Source: Bacilli bacterium (GTDB lineage: Bacteria; Bacillota_I; Bacilli_A; RF39; UBA660). From it: DNA of 64,000 bases. Every line of letters starts with the position of its first letter. The first letter of the stretch is position 1. The position numbers were made by a program, and so were the translations under genes. The notes under the pieces were generated by a model. It was not told where the DNA came from, made no database searches, and saw only the letters and a list, made by a program, of their open reading frames with translations. The stretch lies in assembly GCA_017527675.1 (NCBI GenBank), contig JAFXPU010000002.1:6400-70399 (forward strand), given 5' to 3'. This document shows, one piece after another, positions 49,301-54,717 of the stretch.

Positions 49301-50749
49301 ATCTGGTGTTAAGGCTTCTTTGTTTAATTTAGCTGAAATAAAAGCGTCTTGTAAATTGTAATAATAAACATCTTTTGTATATGGAGTTGACGTACGAGCA
49401 ACAGCACGTGATGGATTACGTACTAAATATATTCTTTGACAATTTCTTTCATCATTATGGTCAGCAAATACATAATAGTTTTCTGCTTTATCAGTATAAC
49501 CACCAACTAAACCTGATAAACCTTCAATATAACCATCATAGAAATAGAATTCAGAACCGTCTTTATTAGTTAAACCAACAGCATTACCAATTAAAGCAAT
49601 ACTATTTTCAACATAAACAAATCCATCATTTAAACCTAAATCCAAATGACCATAGTTTATAAAGGCTTCTTTGTCTTCTGTTCTAGCAACTACACGTCCA
49701 TTTGTTAAAGCAATATTACCAGCAGCTGAATTGGTAATCGTTCCATTTACTGTATGACCACCTAAGTTAAATACAAAATCGTCAGTAGTATTATTTACTG
49801 GATATTCTGTTGTATCTTTCAATAAATAAACTGTATTATCAGCAAAGTCAGCATGCTTAGCAGCATCAAAAGCATCTTGAATAGTTGGATAATATGTTGT
49901 CATAATACGAGCAACATAATCTCCTTCTTCCCAAGTAGCTTCAATTGTTACGTCTTCATCACCCATAGTAAATACATCATTAGTAAAATCATATGTTCCA
50001 TTTTCTTCTGGTGATGTAACTGTCCAACCCTTAAAGTTATATAATTCACGTGTTGGCATTGCAACTGTATATGTTTCATTTTTCTCAAGATAAATTCTTG
50101 TATCAGCTAAACGATTAGCATATACACCACCTTTAGGTTTAATTGTTAAAACATGTTGATTTTTTCTAGGTTCAGGCGTACATGTATTTTGTTTTTGAAC
50201 ATAATTAATATTAAAGAATAATTCTAGATGCACATCTTCTGTTGGATAATCTTCTAAAGGTAAATGATCTTTAAATTTAACTATAGCTTTAATCCATCTT
50301 CTTGTACCAGCATCAAGTGGATCACAAGGTAAGATTGGATCACCATTATCATAAGTAACATCAAAATCTAAATAAGCTTTTTGTTCATCAGTTAATTCAA
50401 ACTTATCAATAGATTCTACCATGGCATCAATAGAACCATCGTTTACTGTATATACCGTAAATTCATAAAAGTCGCCAGGTTGTTTTAAGTCAGCTTCAAA
50501 CTCAATACGGGTTTTAGCTCGATCGACAATTTTAGCATCATTTTCTGATTCAACTGAATCAATAGATTTTTCTACATCATCAAAATAGATAATCCAACTG
50601 CTCTTTTTAATTGTTGAATTACCATTAATTGATAATGTGCTTTTTAAAAATGCACTTCCTAAAGAAATAGACACTATTAAAAACAAGACTACGCTTGCTA
50701 TTATAGTGAATTTATTTAATTTTAATTTTAAAGCTAACTTCTTAATCAT
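34340..50749 (-). CDS. Giant (5,469 aa) secreted repeat protein: SipW-cognate-type signal peptide + TasA-like N-domain + Flg_new repeats + beta-helix-like repeats + three glycine-rich domains
   Basis: Uninterrupted 16,410-nt ORF. N-terminal KLNKFTIIASVVLFLIVSISLGSAFLKSTLSINGN then LKQPGDFYEFTVYTVNDGSIDAMV...LELFFNINYVQKQ (TasA/camelysin-like). Listeria/Bacteroides repeats (PTRELYNFKGWTV...ATW; CTFNHWEAS...AVWT). Hundreds of NxG/T-rich repeats of the parallel beta-helix type. Three Gly-rich modules (GGGATH...AGGGGGSGY). No LPXTG and no recognised C-terminal anchor. Confidence 0.9.
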   Translation of the reverse strand: MIKKLALKLKLNKFTIIASVVLFLIVSISLGSAFLKSTLSINGNSTIKKSSWIIYFDDVEKSIDSVESENDAKIVDRAKTRIEFEADLKQPGDFYEFTVYTVNDGSIDAMVESIDKFELTDEQKAYLDFDVTYDNGDPILPCDPLDAGTRRWIKAIVKFKDHLPLEDYPTEDVHLELFFNINYVQKQNTCTPEPRKNQHVLTIKPKGGVYANRLADTRIYLEKNETYTVAMPTRELYNFKGWTVTSPEENGTYDFTNDVFTMGDEDVTIEATWEEGDYVARIMTTYYPTIQDAFDAAKHADFADNTVYLLKDTTEYPVNNTTDDFVFNLGGHTVNGTITNSAAGNIALTNGRVVARTEDKEAFINYGHLDLGLNDGFVYVENSIALIGNAVGLTNKDGSEFYFYDGYIEGLSGLVGGYTDKAENYYVFADHNDERNCQRIYLVRNPSRAVARTSTPYTKDVYYYNLQDAFISAKLNKEALTPDLDSNFIVYAHRNFEAPYEIEIPENSRLFFDTMGHTVSIGNTVTNNGYFKILSSAEDDGKLKTSFTIINNGVMDIDDVDLVATTDSNVIQNNNTLNLDDTEITSKGGYGIYNNTDAVITFTEDTLIDSTGNYGLYNKSDNLVVDDGTIYGLYNTGSIVLDENTKLHVYKIDDRNYIPAITNTGTITMNAGEISTNYDTTMIYNRGTITVNDGTISSQTTGISNYYDGYGTVNANGGLITSQGNAISSGTVNVNNNGEIKSVNGIAISGATVNVYAGDVYSDNDTAISCGGQTVNVYGGLVKGENIGISSCNVNISAGEITGKNYGVYSNNSLTVTGGKVTSESRAVSVSSATISGGEVLSANDALVTTNLNISGGKVHSSEANAITVMGTGTITGSETDIYGENYGVYNKGSLTIGSFEDTDEDEPEDYPVIIGGAYGLYIDGPVTNFYDGILKGQVDGYEGRITGLPLACVGGEGEEEIDGNLYQTDFIVHYENWLKVGDTEYNSIDAASKAIGEGETGTITVIKDADLVFTQHFVDNGTEETGYKHITFDLNGHTITSTQTIYNDSDVTIVDDSNLGTIKPTRIAGITNRNKLTIEAGNYLSEVVDEVIINESGLLTINNAYFNVNKYAITNDANLVINDINIEESFAGINNRGNTTVHGGTITGSDMGISSPYNYNVGTVYVDGGTIFGENYGIGGAGATIHVDGGSVEANAHNALYSYYGSITVSNGEVKSNNSVAVVTAQVTNVSGGEVTGTMGIEHICYYSGWGGCYYHDINITGGKVKGTDSYGIHAIGAKLSIHAGEIIGEVDGVYTSTETQIGDDEKNVSIESPSLTGKRYGLNTTAYTKFFDGVLQGMEEPHNGLIGLIPDAYMIKDDYTYIDRDYYKTQYLVPVGNWLRVNGVEYNTLTNATAAIDSEGTIEVIADAYVDYEQELPYGKIITFDLNGHSVIMTQPLQTKGTNTIKDSVGNGGITNIRSNGNADGYNTAAVYNTGTLTIEGGTYNADQDYAINNGGTLTIDNLTINNYGGVYSSGTLTINGGTIEGTDTYSLDSWGTTTINGGTITSNVANSNAVAIQDGTTTINDGTITSTVGTAVSVTKGSYYALGHVVINGGTITGKTNGVANTNSGNTILITGGIITGEDNNGLNTSSDNCVITGGSIIGGAYGVYTTGTTILGVVEDNSIDITQPMIQGTFYGLYIDGGTTNFYDGILKGTTEAEYGIISNIPPHAQIFPDTEIIDGETYKVKYLIMESVIAYNRETGVEYTNLQEAINDADTDQTVVLVANVPLYYSVTNNNTKHFNLDLHGYTISTNKTITNNGNITLINDSENEANIKTSSAINLINNNGTLNINNIKLTNVSSSNYIINNTSNLVINNSRMNAINAIYNTNSLDITSSNIVASKIAINNTKNVTITGGNYSGENYSIYSNDNSQATVTVVGNGINTVLDGNIESIRTTLDVTDTNIIIGSNGSISNSSNSIATFERVNVTNTNGGSISNSATMTINNSNINLGSPQNYNYSDTYVAIYNSGTMDINNTNIKVDETNTYKYYVKGISNTGSLTLENESSLTVGHAEQKTGKYYGIETSGSGNTLIDNSEINAVGSAENYGVYMVTANAQTTLLTGSINVSDAPTTYGAYINPGTFIMGHYDNSVDNVSQENPVIHSIGTTKGIGVDKENGSFNFYDGVIWASRFAKVGTTTLVEKDQEVTTYVDEETSYEYAWLENIKNDYGGQTVAVYRETYYSSLQLAINAYDEELGGVITLLKPISDETEIEVASGRKAVVNLGGYSITAKVTNNGTLDIYNGTIMNFDDYAVVNNGTFNMGQNDEAVSSVSIRIISENIAVQNNNTFNMYDGYIEGSQAMEGEITSIANLARVVTKHEEQSERKYLQSLSIDDIIAGNTDLYLTIDPKSGYYKGSKEVRLVYLKHGEPYLLIDNPSELEKHACTFNHWEASEAGILDGNTVTMNLSDATVTAVWTVNDDAVAKIGDEYYVSIAEALAAANENDTIELIKDTTENVTNNKNVTFNLGGHTLTGAFINNGIMILLNGTINNPDGTGLVNNKTLTMGVNDGTIETEAIAIIGSTVALEQNGSFNFYDGYLQGQFTLNGGVNSLPRGYTFYTEPVIGTIYQRSFLNGNPANAVAIIENGGENVQYFFNLQNAIDTANYMGKPVNIVRDFEASYAIEIREDYDIEINMQSYNITTGSPITNNGTLRIYDISENPGSITSASPITNDGELTIENIILKQVTNSNTINNNGTLNITNSSIEAKNGYAVNNVGTFTMDNDSYLKSDTYALLSNHEDYVISGGNIQGIEVAKNVTIGDTNIIDNGQRASIQFTNANTTATLDGTTINSYNALTCNKDNSKFVVNEADINATNVGIRLENTNCQLEVNDSSITAVNEAIRTLGYNTKVSIDGSNITSTGTYGYFSDSYKSPRGTIKITDSVITGVSSAVRVYYDNLTVSGTDMIVTGSGNDKYVLYCYSESDCNITNSTMTAENASGVYAYSSVTLTDVEINANANNSFGINDERGNLNINGDTIINTPGGSAYGIYRYSNPGYYGQSYNTITINDVDIKSGNVGIYMFSGQSYSTTTLVMNNGSVVGDTYGIHAASSTVYVTIGNPNAENDIYDPYVSGGLFGLYKNGGTSNFYSGRLRGLSGGYNQDFNALRAAKEITSEHENTSENLTIVTNNVSDEAISEYAKMNNGYAKITYLGETIEGVCEQNSVTSFTEPGEAPFSAPCAGLYKIEVWGAQGGSYSESIRGGYGSYATGEIELSIGETLYVNVGGAGTIGYDNNTTIPGGYNGGGDAVMLYPSTRFYSGSGGGATHVATTSGELSTLENNKEAILIVAGGGGGSGYWSSSEYGSGGDAGGYRAADGVPSPSYPQYYGTGATVNRPGYFAYNNNLGNGSFGKGGSPESTISNKIMGGAGGGGYYGGGAAGNNYATAGGGGSGYNNNSRLSNKVMYTYSDYGNSMTVNYLVNKEAFLIYNGTEYNSLEAAIGDVEDTGTIYVFKNASLQELATVPSENNITLDLQGHTLTMTQPITNEGTLTIMNEPGLTGKIDNKASDAIINKGTLVIDNASIKSTNYAIRGNAGTGTITLQNNPTIEGYNGIYVDSAQKVIMNNGTINTTGVGVYLNAQNSEFEMKNGEISTGSESIRLVGYNTKLTVENGTVTSTNNSAIYSDSYKNPKGTINITGGTFTGGTHTIRSQYDNLTISGSDTKVISTATNRDNYAIYCSSDSNCIISDITITADNASGIYKYAPVTLTDVTINAGASNGFGINDERGYLEINGNTVINTPGSNAFGIYRYSSPSYYSQSYETITINDIEITSGNVGVYMYSYPSYSSTTLNMNNGSITGKNYGIQQTSSTVYTTIGNLNNENDIYDPYVSGGTYGIYKEAGTANFYSGRLRGSSAGYNSDFSSTREAYDIATVQESSSVTGNIITNSTEEVSEDPVSKKAKQGNGYAKITFIAEDETETFSFTNGEQTFNVTETGTYELEVWGAQGGSPNGGYGGYSTCKINLTAGDTLYINVGGQGVGSTGGYNGGGNSTGDNYYAGGGATHIAKSSGLLTTFENNRDDIIIVAGGGGGGSYGSYNAQGGSGGGNEGGHGGQSKPSLTKLAGGGTQTAGGAAGEGTYNNGAAGSFGKGANGTDYSSGGGGGYYGGGSSGVNSDIAGSGGGGSGYIKDVNIISGEMYGYQIPTDIWIVNYLVPKEAFLIVNGDEYNSFTAAIGAIEDTGTILVKSSAFVQSGATIPSSKNITINMNGKTLTMTQPLVNEGTLTIYDNGSGLLDNTITNTIENKGIMVLDGAHLKSAGSSIYGSSGTGTITLQNNPTFEGYRGIYLDSAQKIIMNNGSFDLTNVAIYLNGQNSELEMKDGSIQTTAESIRLAGYGTKVKVEDGTITSTNSSAIYSDSYKNPKGTITITGGTFTGGEHTIRSQYDNLTISGSDTEVITTATNRDYYAIYCTSESNCNISDITITADNASGIYKYAPVTLTDVTINAGASNAFGINDERGYLEINGNTIITTPGADAYGIYRYSSPGYYSQSHETININGGEITSGNVGVYMYSYPAYSSTTLNLNKGTIIAPIYGIQQASETIYVTIGNLEDENDITDPYVNGGLFGIYSSNASVNIYSGHIIGTNEAVNSIISNVRSGYEIFESNAGEISLDNQKYRTYSTTSVSEDPISHYAKMNNGYAKITYVGETVEGVCEQNHEYSYLPENAENTFTVPCTGTYRLEAWGAQGGGSNGGYGGYSEGYIDLTAGETLYINVGGVGTQYDGGYNGGGNGGSGGGQWSYGGGGATHIATASGLLSTLESNKDAIIIVAAGGGGAGGSSTTSPGGNAGGYKGNSGYDGYNNSYTSYNGTGATQTSGGKLANGSCGYGSFGQGSNFCNSGYGGAGGGGGYYGGGGSNRGHGGAGGGSGYIANPNLYNKRMYGYEVEPIYASEFIKEIYLVLEQPFIIDSSNPSEPRSNLQTAIDLADDGATLEFNADANLSYAVTIPTGKTITIDLHGHNLNMTKSITNNGTLVITNLDTNNDSKLSNSLSVTALINKDNLTISNIELENYNAVDNDENGVLTITYATNISRNQAIINSGKYTISDSTVKGSNYVIYDNSTKTNTISDSILQGTNSIYINSTPNVTITDTEITGNINNTKTNGTLSISNTNIKDIKGTISNTGTTTIKKANITHSYGNYSEFNMISNSGILTLNNNTVVFTDTYSGTNNYVRIISNSGTLNTTGNDYTLNRTYENGTYYYRYEAGIYNTAILTSNGDTFTMNKAERMYAILDNSSNSSTISNIEININRANNAFGIYADNTNSNITVDGGEFNSTDSVNTYGVYVDKGTLVTRNADYHVNGTTSAYGAFVNNGSYTIETGNIYAHAATAYGVRIDDNSTSGSITLGIKENTGFDSTTTSTIDPYIEAIGTTTGYGISRGNGAFNFYDGKFTGSTNARTAGSATSDTERNYQIKIVPAVDDQYEYCILEFMM
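35900..42300 (-). repeat. Three tandem coding repeats of about 2.2 kb each (about 750 aa) inside the giant gene
   Basis: The nucleotide landmark CCTTGAGCACCCCATRCTTCTA recurs at about 36595, 38815 and 41075. Protein units 2 and 3 are about 85% identical (TITLQNNPT(I/F)EGY...YDPYV(S/N)GG...EVWGAQGG...GGGSGY); unit 1 is about 65%. Boundaries are approximate. Confidence 0.7.
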
Positions 50750-50812
50750 ATAAACCCATACCTTTACTATCTTATTATCTTATTATACATAATAATTTTA
50801 TCACATTTTAGC

Positions 50813-50842
50813 CTAAAAAAAAAGCAAACTTGATAAGTTTAC
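50813..50842 (-). terminator. Intrinsic terminator between the 249-aa gene and the giant gene
   Basis: Minus-strand hairpin GTAAACTT-ATC-AAGTTTGC followed by T8-9 (A run at 50815-50823). Overlaps the upstream gene's stop codon. A TATAAT element lies about 40 nt upstream of the giant gene ATG. Confidence 0.5.
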
Positions 50843-51588
50843 TTGATTTTTTCTATTATTAATTTATTATCCTTAACAGCAAATTCAACAATTACATCAT
50901 TATCAACTTTTCCTATCTTGGAAATATTGTCTTTAGTAATCATTTTTTTAACTTCTTTAGCCTTAGCTTTTCCCTTTAAATAATCAGATATAGCCTTAGT
51001 ATCAACGTTATTTTGGTTATCTTTAAATTTATTATTTAAAAGACTAATATCATTATAATAATTCAAGATTTTATAAGGATTATCAACTACATATTTACTA
51101 AATGTTACTTCAAATTTTTTGTTATTTATTTTTTTAATTTTCTTTAATTCAAATTTAACAATTTTAGTTTTCGCAATGTCTGATTTTATATTAGATTTAT
51201 TATAAGTATAACTAGCATTACTAAGATCAAACACAATTCCCTTATCAGCCATATAAGGAGTAATTCCAATACTTGCAACTGCATCAATATCATATTCTTT
51301 ATCAAAATATTTGTTAACAACTTCAATTATTTCATTAGCGCTAAAAACGTTTTTATCGGTATTATTATAAAGATATTCAATAGCAAAACAAATATATTTA
51401 CCGCTTTCATCATCATGTTCTGTTATTTCCTCTAAATAATCAGCTATTTCATTACTAGTTTCTTCAACTTTTATTTTCTCTAAATTAGTCATTTTCTTTG
51501 ATTTTTTAAAGAAAATGAAGCAAGCTAAAAGAATAATTAAAAATGCTATAGCTATTATAAAATACTTATTAGTTAATACTTTTTTCAT
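50839..51588 (-). CDS. Membrane-anchored hypothetical protein (paralog A)
   Basis: 249 aa, N-terminal TM helix. Paralog of 51596..52351 (shared GITPYMxD, KKxKVT(F/Y)xKYV(V/I)(D/E)NPY(K/E)(I/V)LNYY). Confidence 0.5.
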   Translation of the reverse strand: MKKVLTNKYFIIAIAFLIILLACFIFFKKSKKMTNLEKIKVEETSNEIADYLEEITEHDDESGKYICFAIEYLYNNTDKNVFSANEIIEVVNKYFDKEYDIDAVASIGITPYMADKGIVFDLSNASYTYNKSNIKSDIAKTKIVKFELKKIKKINNKKFEVTFSKYVVDNPYKILNYYNDISLLNNKFKDNQNNVDTKAISDYLKGKAKAKEVKKMITKDNISKIGKVDNDVIVEFAVKDNKLIIEKIK

Positions 51589-51595
51589 ACTTCAC

Positions 51596-52351
51596 CTACT
51601 TTATCTTATCTATTAATAATTCATCATCTTTGACAACAAAAATAATACTAATTTTTTTATCATATTTAGCAAAATTCTTAATATCATCCTCATTGATTAC
51701 TTTTTTAAATGATGATAACGAACCAGAACCCATTAAATAACTTTTTATTGGGCTTAAATCGATTAAATCTTGTTCTTTTTTTTGCGTATTTTGTTCCATA
51801 TAATAATTTAAAACTTCATATGGATTTTCAATAACATATTTTTCATATGTAACCTTATATTTCTTACGGTTTACCTTACTCATTTTTTTTACTTTATAGT
51901 ATGCTATTTCTTTTTTAGAAATAGTACTAGCATCAACAGTATTAAAAACTATTGAATAAGTATCATTTCCAGGTTCATAAGATACATTATTATCTAACAT
52001 ATATGGTGTAATACCAACATTTTTAATATCATCTTTAGTAATTTCTTTATTAAAATTATCCTTAATAAATGTTGCTATTTCTTCACCCGTTAACCTATTT
52101 TTATTTAATTCTATTTTATTATATATCAAAGCATAAACAATATATTTTTCGTCATCTTTTGCATCTACATCTAAGTAATTTAAATAGTTAATTATTTCAC
52201 TATTTTTCTCTCTAATATTCTTCTTTTCTAATGATGATAAAGATCTAAAATGAAATAAATATATCAAAATAGTTACTAAGAATATAAAGCCTAATCCACA
52301 TAATACTATTAGGCCTAATCTACGGTTATCAACGTTTATTTTATTTTTCAT
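51596..52351 (-). CDS. Membrane-anchored hypothetical protein (paralog B)
   Basis: 251 aa, N-terminal TM helix; 7 nt gap to paralog A. Confidence 0.5.
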   Translation of the reverse strand: MKNKINVDNRRLGLIVLCGLGFIFLVTILIYLFHFRSLSSLEKKNIREKNSEIINYLNYLDVDAKDDEKYIVYALIYNKIELNKNRLTGEEIATFIKDNFNKEITKDDIKNVGITPYMLDNNVSYEPGNDTYSIVFNTVDASTISKKEIAYYKVKKMSKVNRKKYKVTYEKYVIENPYEVLNYYMEQNTQKKEQDLIDLSPIKSYLMGSGSLSSFKKVINEDDIKNFAKYDKKISIIFVVKDDELLIDKIK

Positions 52352-52382
52352 AATTACTCCTAACTAATTCTATTATACTACA

Positions 52383-52940
52383 TTATTTCTTGATTAAAAT
52401 AACTTTATATGTTTTATCATTACTTAATTTAACAATTGTATTTGAATCAATATCATCTGTTAATTTTTTCTCATCTATTAAATCTAAATGTTTGTTAATT
52501 TTTTCAACAAACAAGGATTTACTTTTATCATTTTTATAAAAAACATAATATAATAATTCCTTATCAGTTTTAACCATAAAAACACTAGAATTATCCTCGC
52601 CTAAGTACATAATAGGTGTATCTAATTGCTCATGAGCTTTTACAAGATCATTAAAACTTTTTACCTTTAAAACATCATCATTAGCAAAATTATATTCGTT
52701 TTCCAAATAAACAATATCTGAATTATATATACGCAATATTCTTTTTATAGTTCTTAAATAATTAGATTCGTCGTCTGTTTTTCTAATCATTAAATATACT
52801 AAATAAATAATTAGAATTGCCATAATAGTTACAAAAACAATGGCATAATTAATAGCATCATTTAAAAATGATATAAATGAAGCCAAAAATAATCCTAATA
52901 TTAAAAATCCTAATACTATTATTTTATTTGTATTATTCAT
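52383..52940 (-). CDS. Small membrane protein (2 TM) of unknown function
   Basis: 185 aa; start 8 nt after the SipW-like stop. Confidence 0.45.
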   Translation of the reverse strand: MNNTNKIIVLGFLILGLFLASFISFLNDAINYAIVFVTIMAILIIYLVYLMIRKTDDESNYLRTIKRILRIYNSDIVYLENEYNFANDDVLKVKSFNDLVKAHEQLDTPIMYLGEDNSSVFMVKTDKELLYYVFYKNDKSKSLFVEKINKHLDLIDEKKLTDDIDSNTIVKLSNDKTYKVILIKK

Positions 52941-52947
52941 ATTTCAC

Positions 52948-54135
52948 CTACTTAAACATAATAGCCGGATATGCTATATAAGGTATACTAAAAACAACTT
53001 TACCTTTAATTTGCTCTTTTTTTACATATCCTTTATCAGCTACATTATTATAATCACCTTTGGTAATAAATGTATTATCACTATTAACTTTAATAATACG
53101 ATGAACAATTAATTCTTTTTCATCAGTTTTAAAGGCAATAATGTCGCCTTCTTTTAACTTGTCAACACTAAAATTTTTAGATATTATAACCGCATCCCCA
53201 ACATTTAATCTTGGAGTCATTGATCCAGTTTCAATACCCACTAATTTATAAGGCCCAATACCCGCAATTAAGCAGTATATTATAACAGCTGCAACAGCAA
53301 ATGGAATATCACTCAATTTAAAGAATGAACGTTTTTCTTCTTCTAATTTGACTTTTGAATCCGTTTGTCTAGACATTGTTATAGTGATTAAAAATGGTAA
53401 TAATAATAGGCCCAAACTATTAATATAATCATTTAAATCAGGTACAATTGGTACAATAAATATATATAATTCAGTTAAAAATCTATATAATAATGGTCCT
53501 TTATAATCAGCATAGTATACTGCATAAGTACACATTATATTTTTAAGAATTGATGGTAACATAATCGTAGATACTACATCAAACAATTCATAACTATCAG
53601 TTAAAACATCAAATCTTATATTAATAATTATATCTAATAAAGCTAATATTAAGGTAAAAACAATAATATTTGCTTTACTCTTTTTATTAGCTTTAATATA
53701 AACAAATCTAAGTATTTCCTCTAATATAATAATTAATATTAAAAAAAATGTATTATTTATAATTGATAATGGTTTTAAGGAATAAGCATTTTTTAAAAAA
53801 GACGAAGTAAAACCAATACCATATATTAAAGCAAAATACAAAGTTGCAAAAATAGCTATAATTGATATAAATACTTTATTGTGTTTTAAATTAACCTTTC
53901 TTTTAAAGCCATAAAAATAAATAGCCAAAGAAGTAATAATCATTAACACAGATGTAGTTATAGCATCAGCATATTTTAATACATTTGAGTACACAAAAAA
54001 TCTATATATTAAAATATATATAAGAATACTTGTTAAAATAACTAAATTGTAAATATTTTTCTTCTTCTTCTCTATCATACTATCCCTATATTCCATTATA
54101 ATTTTATCATTTTTTTGATATAAAAAAAAGAGCAT
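52948..54135 (-). CDS. SipW-like (S26B-type) signal peptidase fused to a polytopic membrane domain; catalytic Ser and His present
   Basis: 395 aa. About 7-8 TM helices, then IETGSMTPRLNVGDAVIISK (GSMxP Ser box) and ELIVHRII (His box) as in SipW/Sec11-type peptidases. Begins 9 nt after the TasA-like gene. Confidence 0.6.
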   Translation of the reverse strand: MLFFLYQKNDKIIMEYRDSMIEKKKKNIYNLVILTSILIYILIYRFFVYSNVLKYADAITTSVLMIITSLAIYFYGFKRKVNLKHNKVFISIIAIFATLYFALIYGIGFTSSFLKNAYSLKPLSIINNTFFLILIIILEEILRFVYIKANKKSKANIIVFTLILALLDIIINIRFDVLTDSYELFDVVSTIMLPSILKNIMCTYAVYYADYKGPLLYRFLTELYIFIVPIVPDLNDYINSLGLLLLPFLITITMSRQTDSKVKLEEEKRSFFKLSDIPFAVAAVIIYCLIAGIGPYKLVGIETGSMTPRLNVGDAVIISKNFSVDKLKEGDIIAFKTDEKELIVHRIIKVNSDNTFITKGDYNNVADKGYVKKEQIKGKVVFSIPYIAYPAIMFK

Positions 54136-54144
54136 TTAATACTC

Positions 54145-54717
54145 TTATTGATTTTGAACATAGTCTAATTCATATGATTTTGAGAATGTGAAATCAGCAC
54201 CTGGTAAATCTTCAGCATTTATATCAAATGGGAATTCAACTCTAATAACAACATGTTGATAATTAGCTGATCCTGGAGCTAAAGTACTACCTTCAGCTGG
54301 CATACCAGTTACAGAATAAGTTACATAAGCTAAAGATGAAACATCATCACCATTTTCTCTTAAATCATCTAATAAAGCTACTAATGTACCATCATTAGCA
54401 ATATCAAAACCAAATTCAAAAAATTGACCTGGTTCTTTTAAAGTTACATTAAAAGTAATTTTAGTATCATCTGTTGTATCAATTACAGCAGTATTTCCAG
54501 GTTCAGATGTTGTTGCATCTGGATTTAAATAAGAACCGTTTGTAATAGCTAAATTTTTGAAATGTACATTCCAACCTACTCTTGAAATCTTAGCGTCACC
54601 ATTGATACTTAAAGTTGTTTTTAACTCTGCATAACCAAAACTAATTCCTGCAATTAATGCTATAAATAAAGCAATAAATAAATATCTTTTTTTGAAAACA
54701 ACGTTTTCTCTTTTCAT
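54145..54717 (-). CDS. TasA/camelysin-like secreted protein with a SipW-cognate-type signal peptide
   Basis: Signal FIALFIALIAGISFGYAELKTTLSINGD, then LKEPGQFFEFGFDIANDGTLVALL (compare B. subtilis TasA NLKPGDKLTKDFQFENNGSLAIKEV) and C-terminal YELDYVQNQ shared with the giant protein N-domain. Start moved to the ATG with AGAGGTG RBS (track start 54726 is a GTG). Confidence 0.55.
   Translation of the reverse strand: MKRENVVFKKRYLFIALFIALIAGISFGYAELKTTLSINGDAKISRVGWNVHFKNLAITNGSYLNPDATTSEPGNTAVIDTTDDTKITFNVTLKEPGQFFEFGFDIANDGTLVALLDDLRENGDDVSSLAYVTYSVTGMPAEGSTLAPGSANYQHVVIRVEFPFDINAEDLPGADFTFSKSYELDYVQNQ

Noticed and set aside
34765-49569. Short ORFs inside the giant gene, on either strand (34765..34953, 38251..38442, 40546..40824, 46720..46905, 47170..47382, 48346..48576, 49375..49569)
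   Set aside because: They are fully embedded in the 16.4-kb minus-strand ORF and have His/Gln/Leu-rich or Val/Leu-rich low-complexity translations. These are frame artefacts of the repetitive Gly/Asn/Thr codons and show no RBS support.
34340-50749. The giant protein as an Rhs/polymorphic toxin or an RTX-type exoprotein
   Set aside because: It has no YD/Rhs repeats, no recognisable C-terminal toxin module, and none of the GGxGxDxUx nonapeptide repeats typical of RTX proteins. Its repeats are of the beta-helix NxG/T-rich type.
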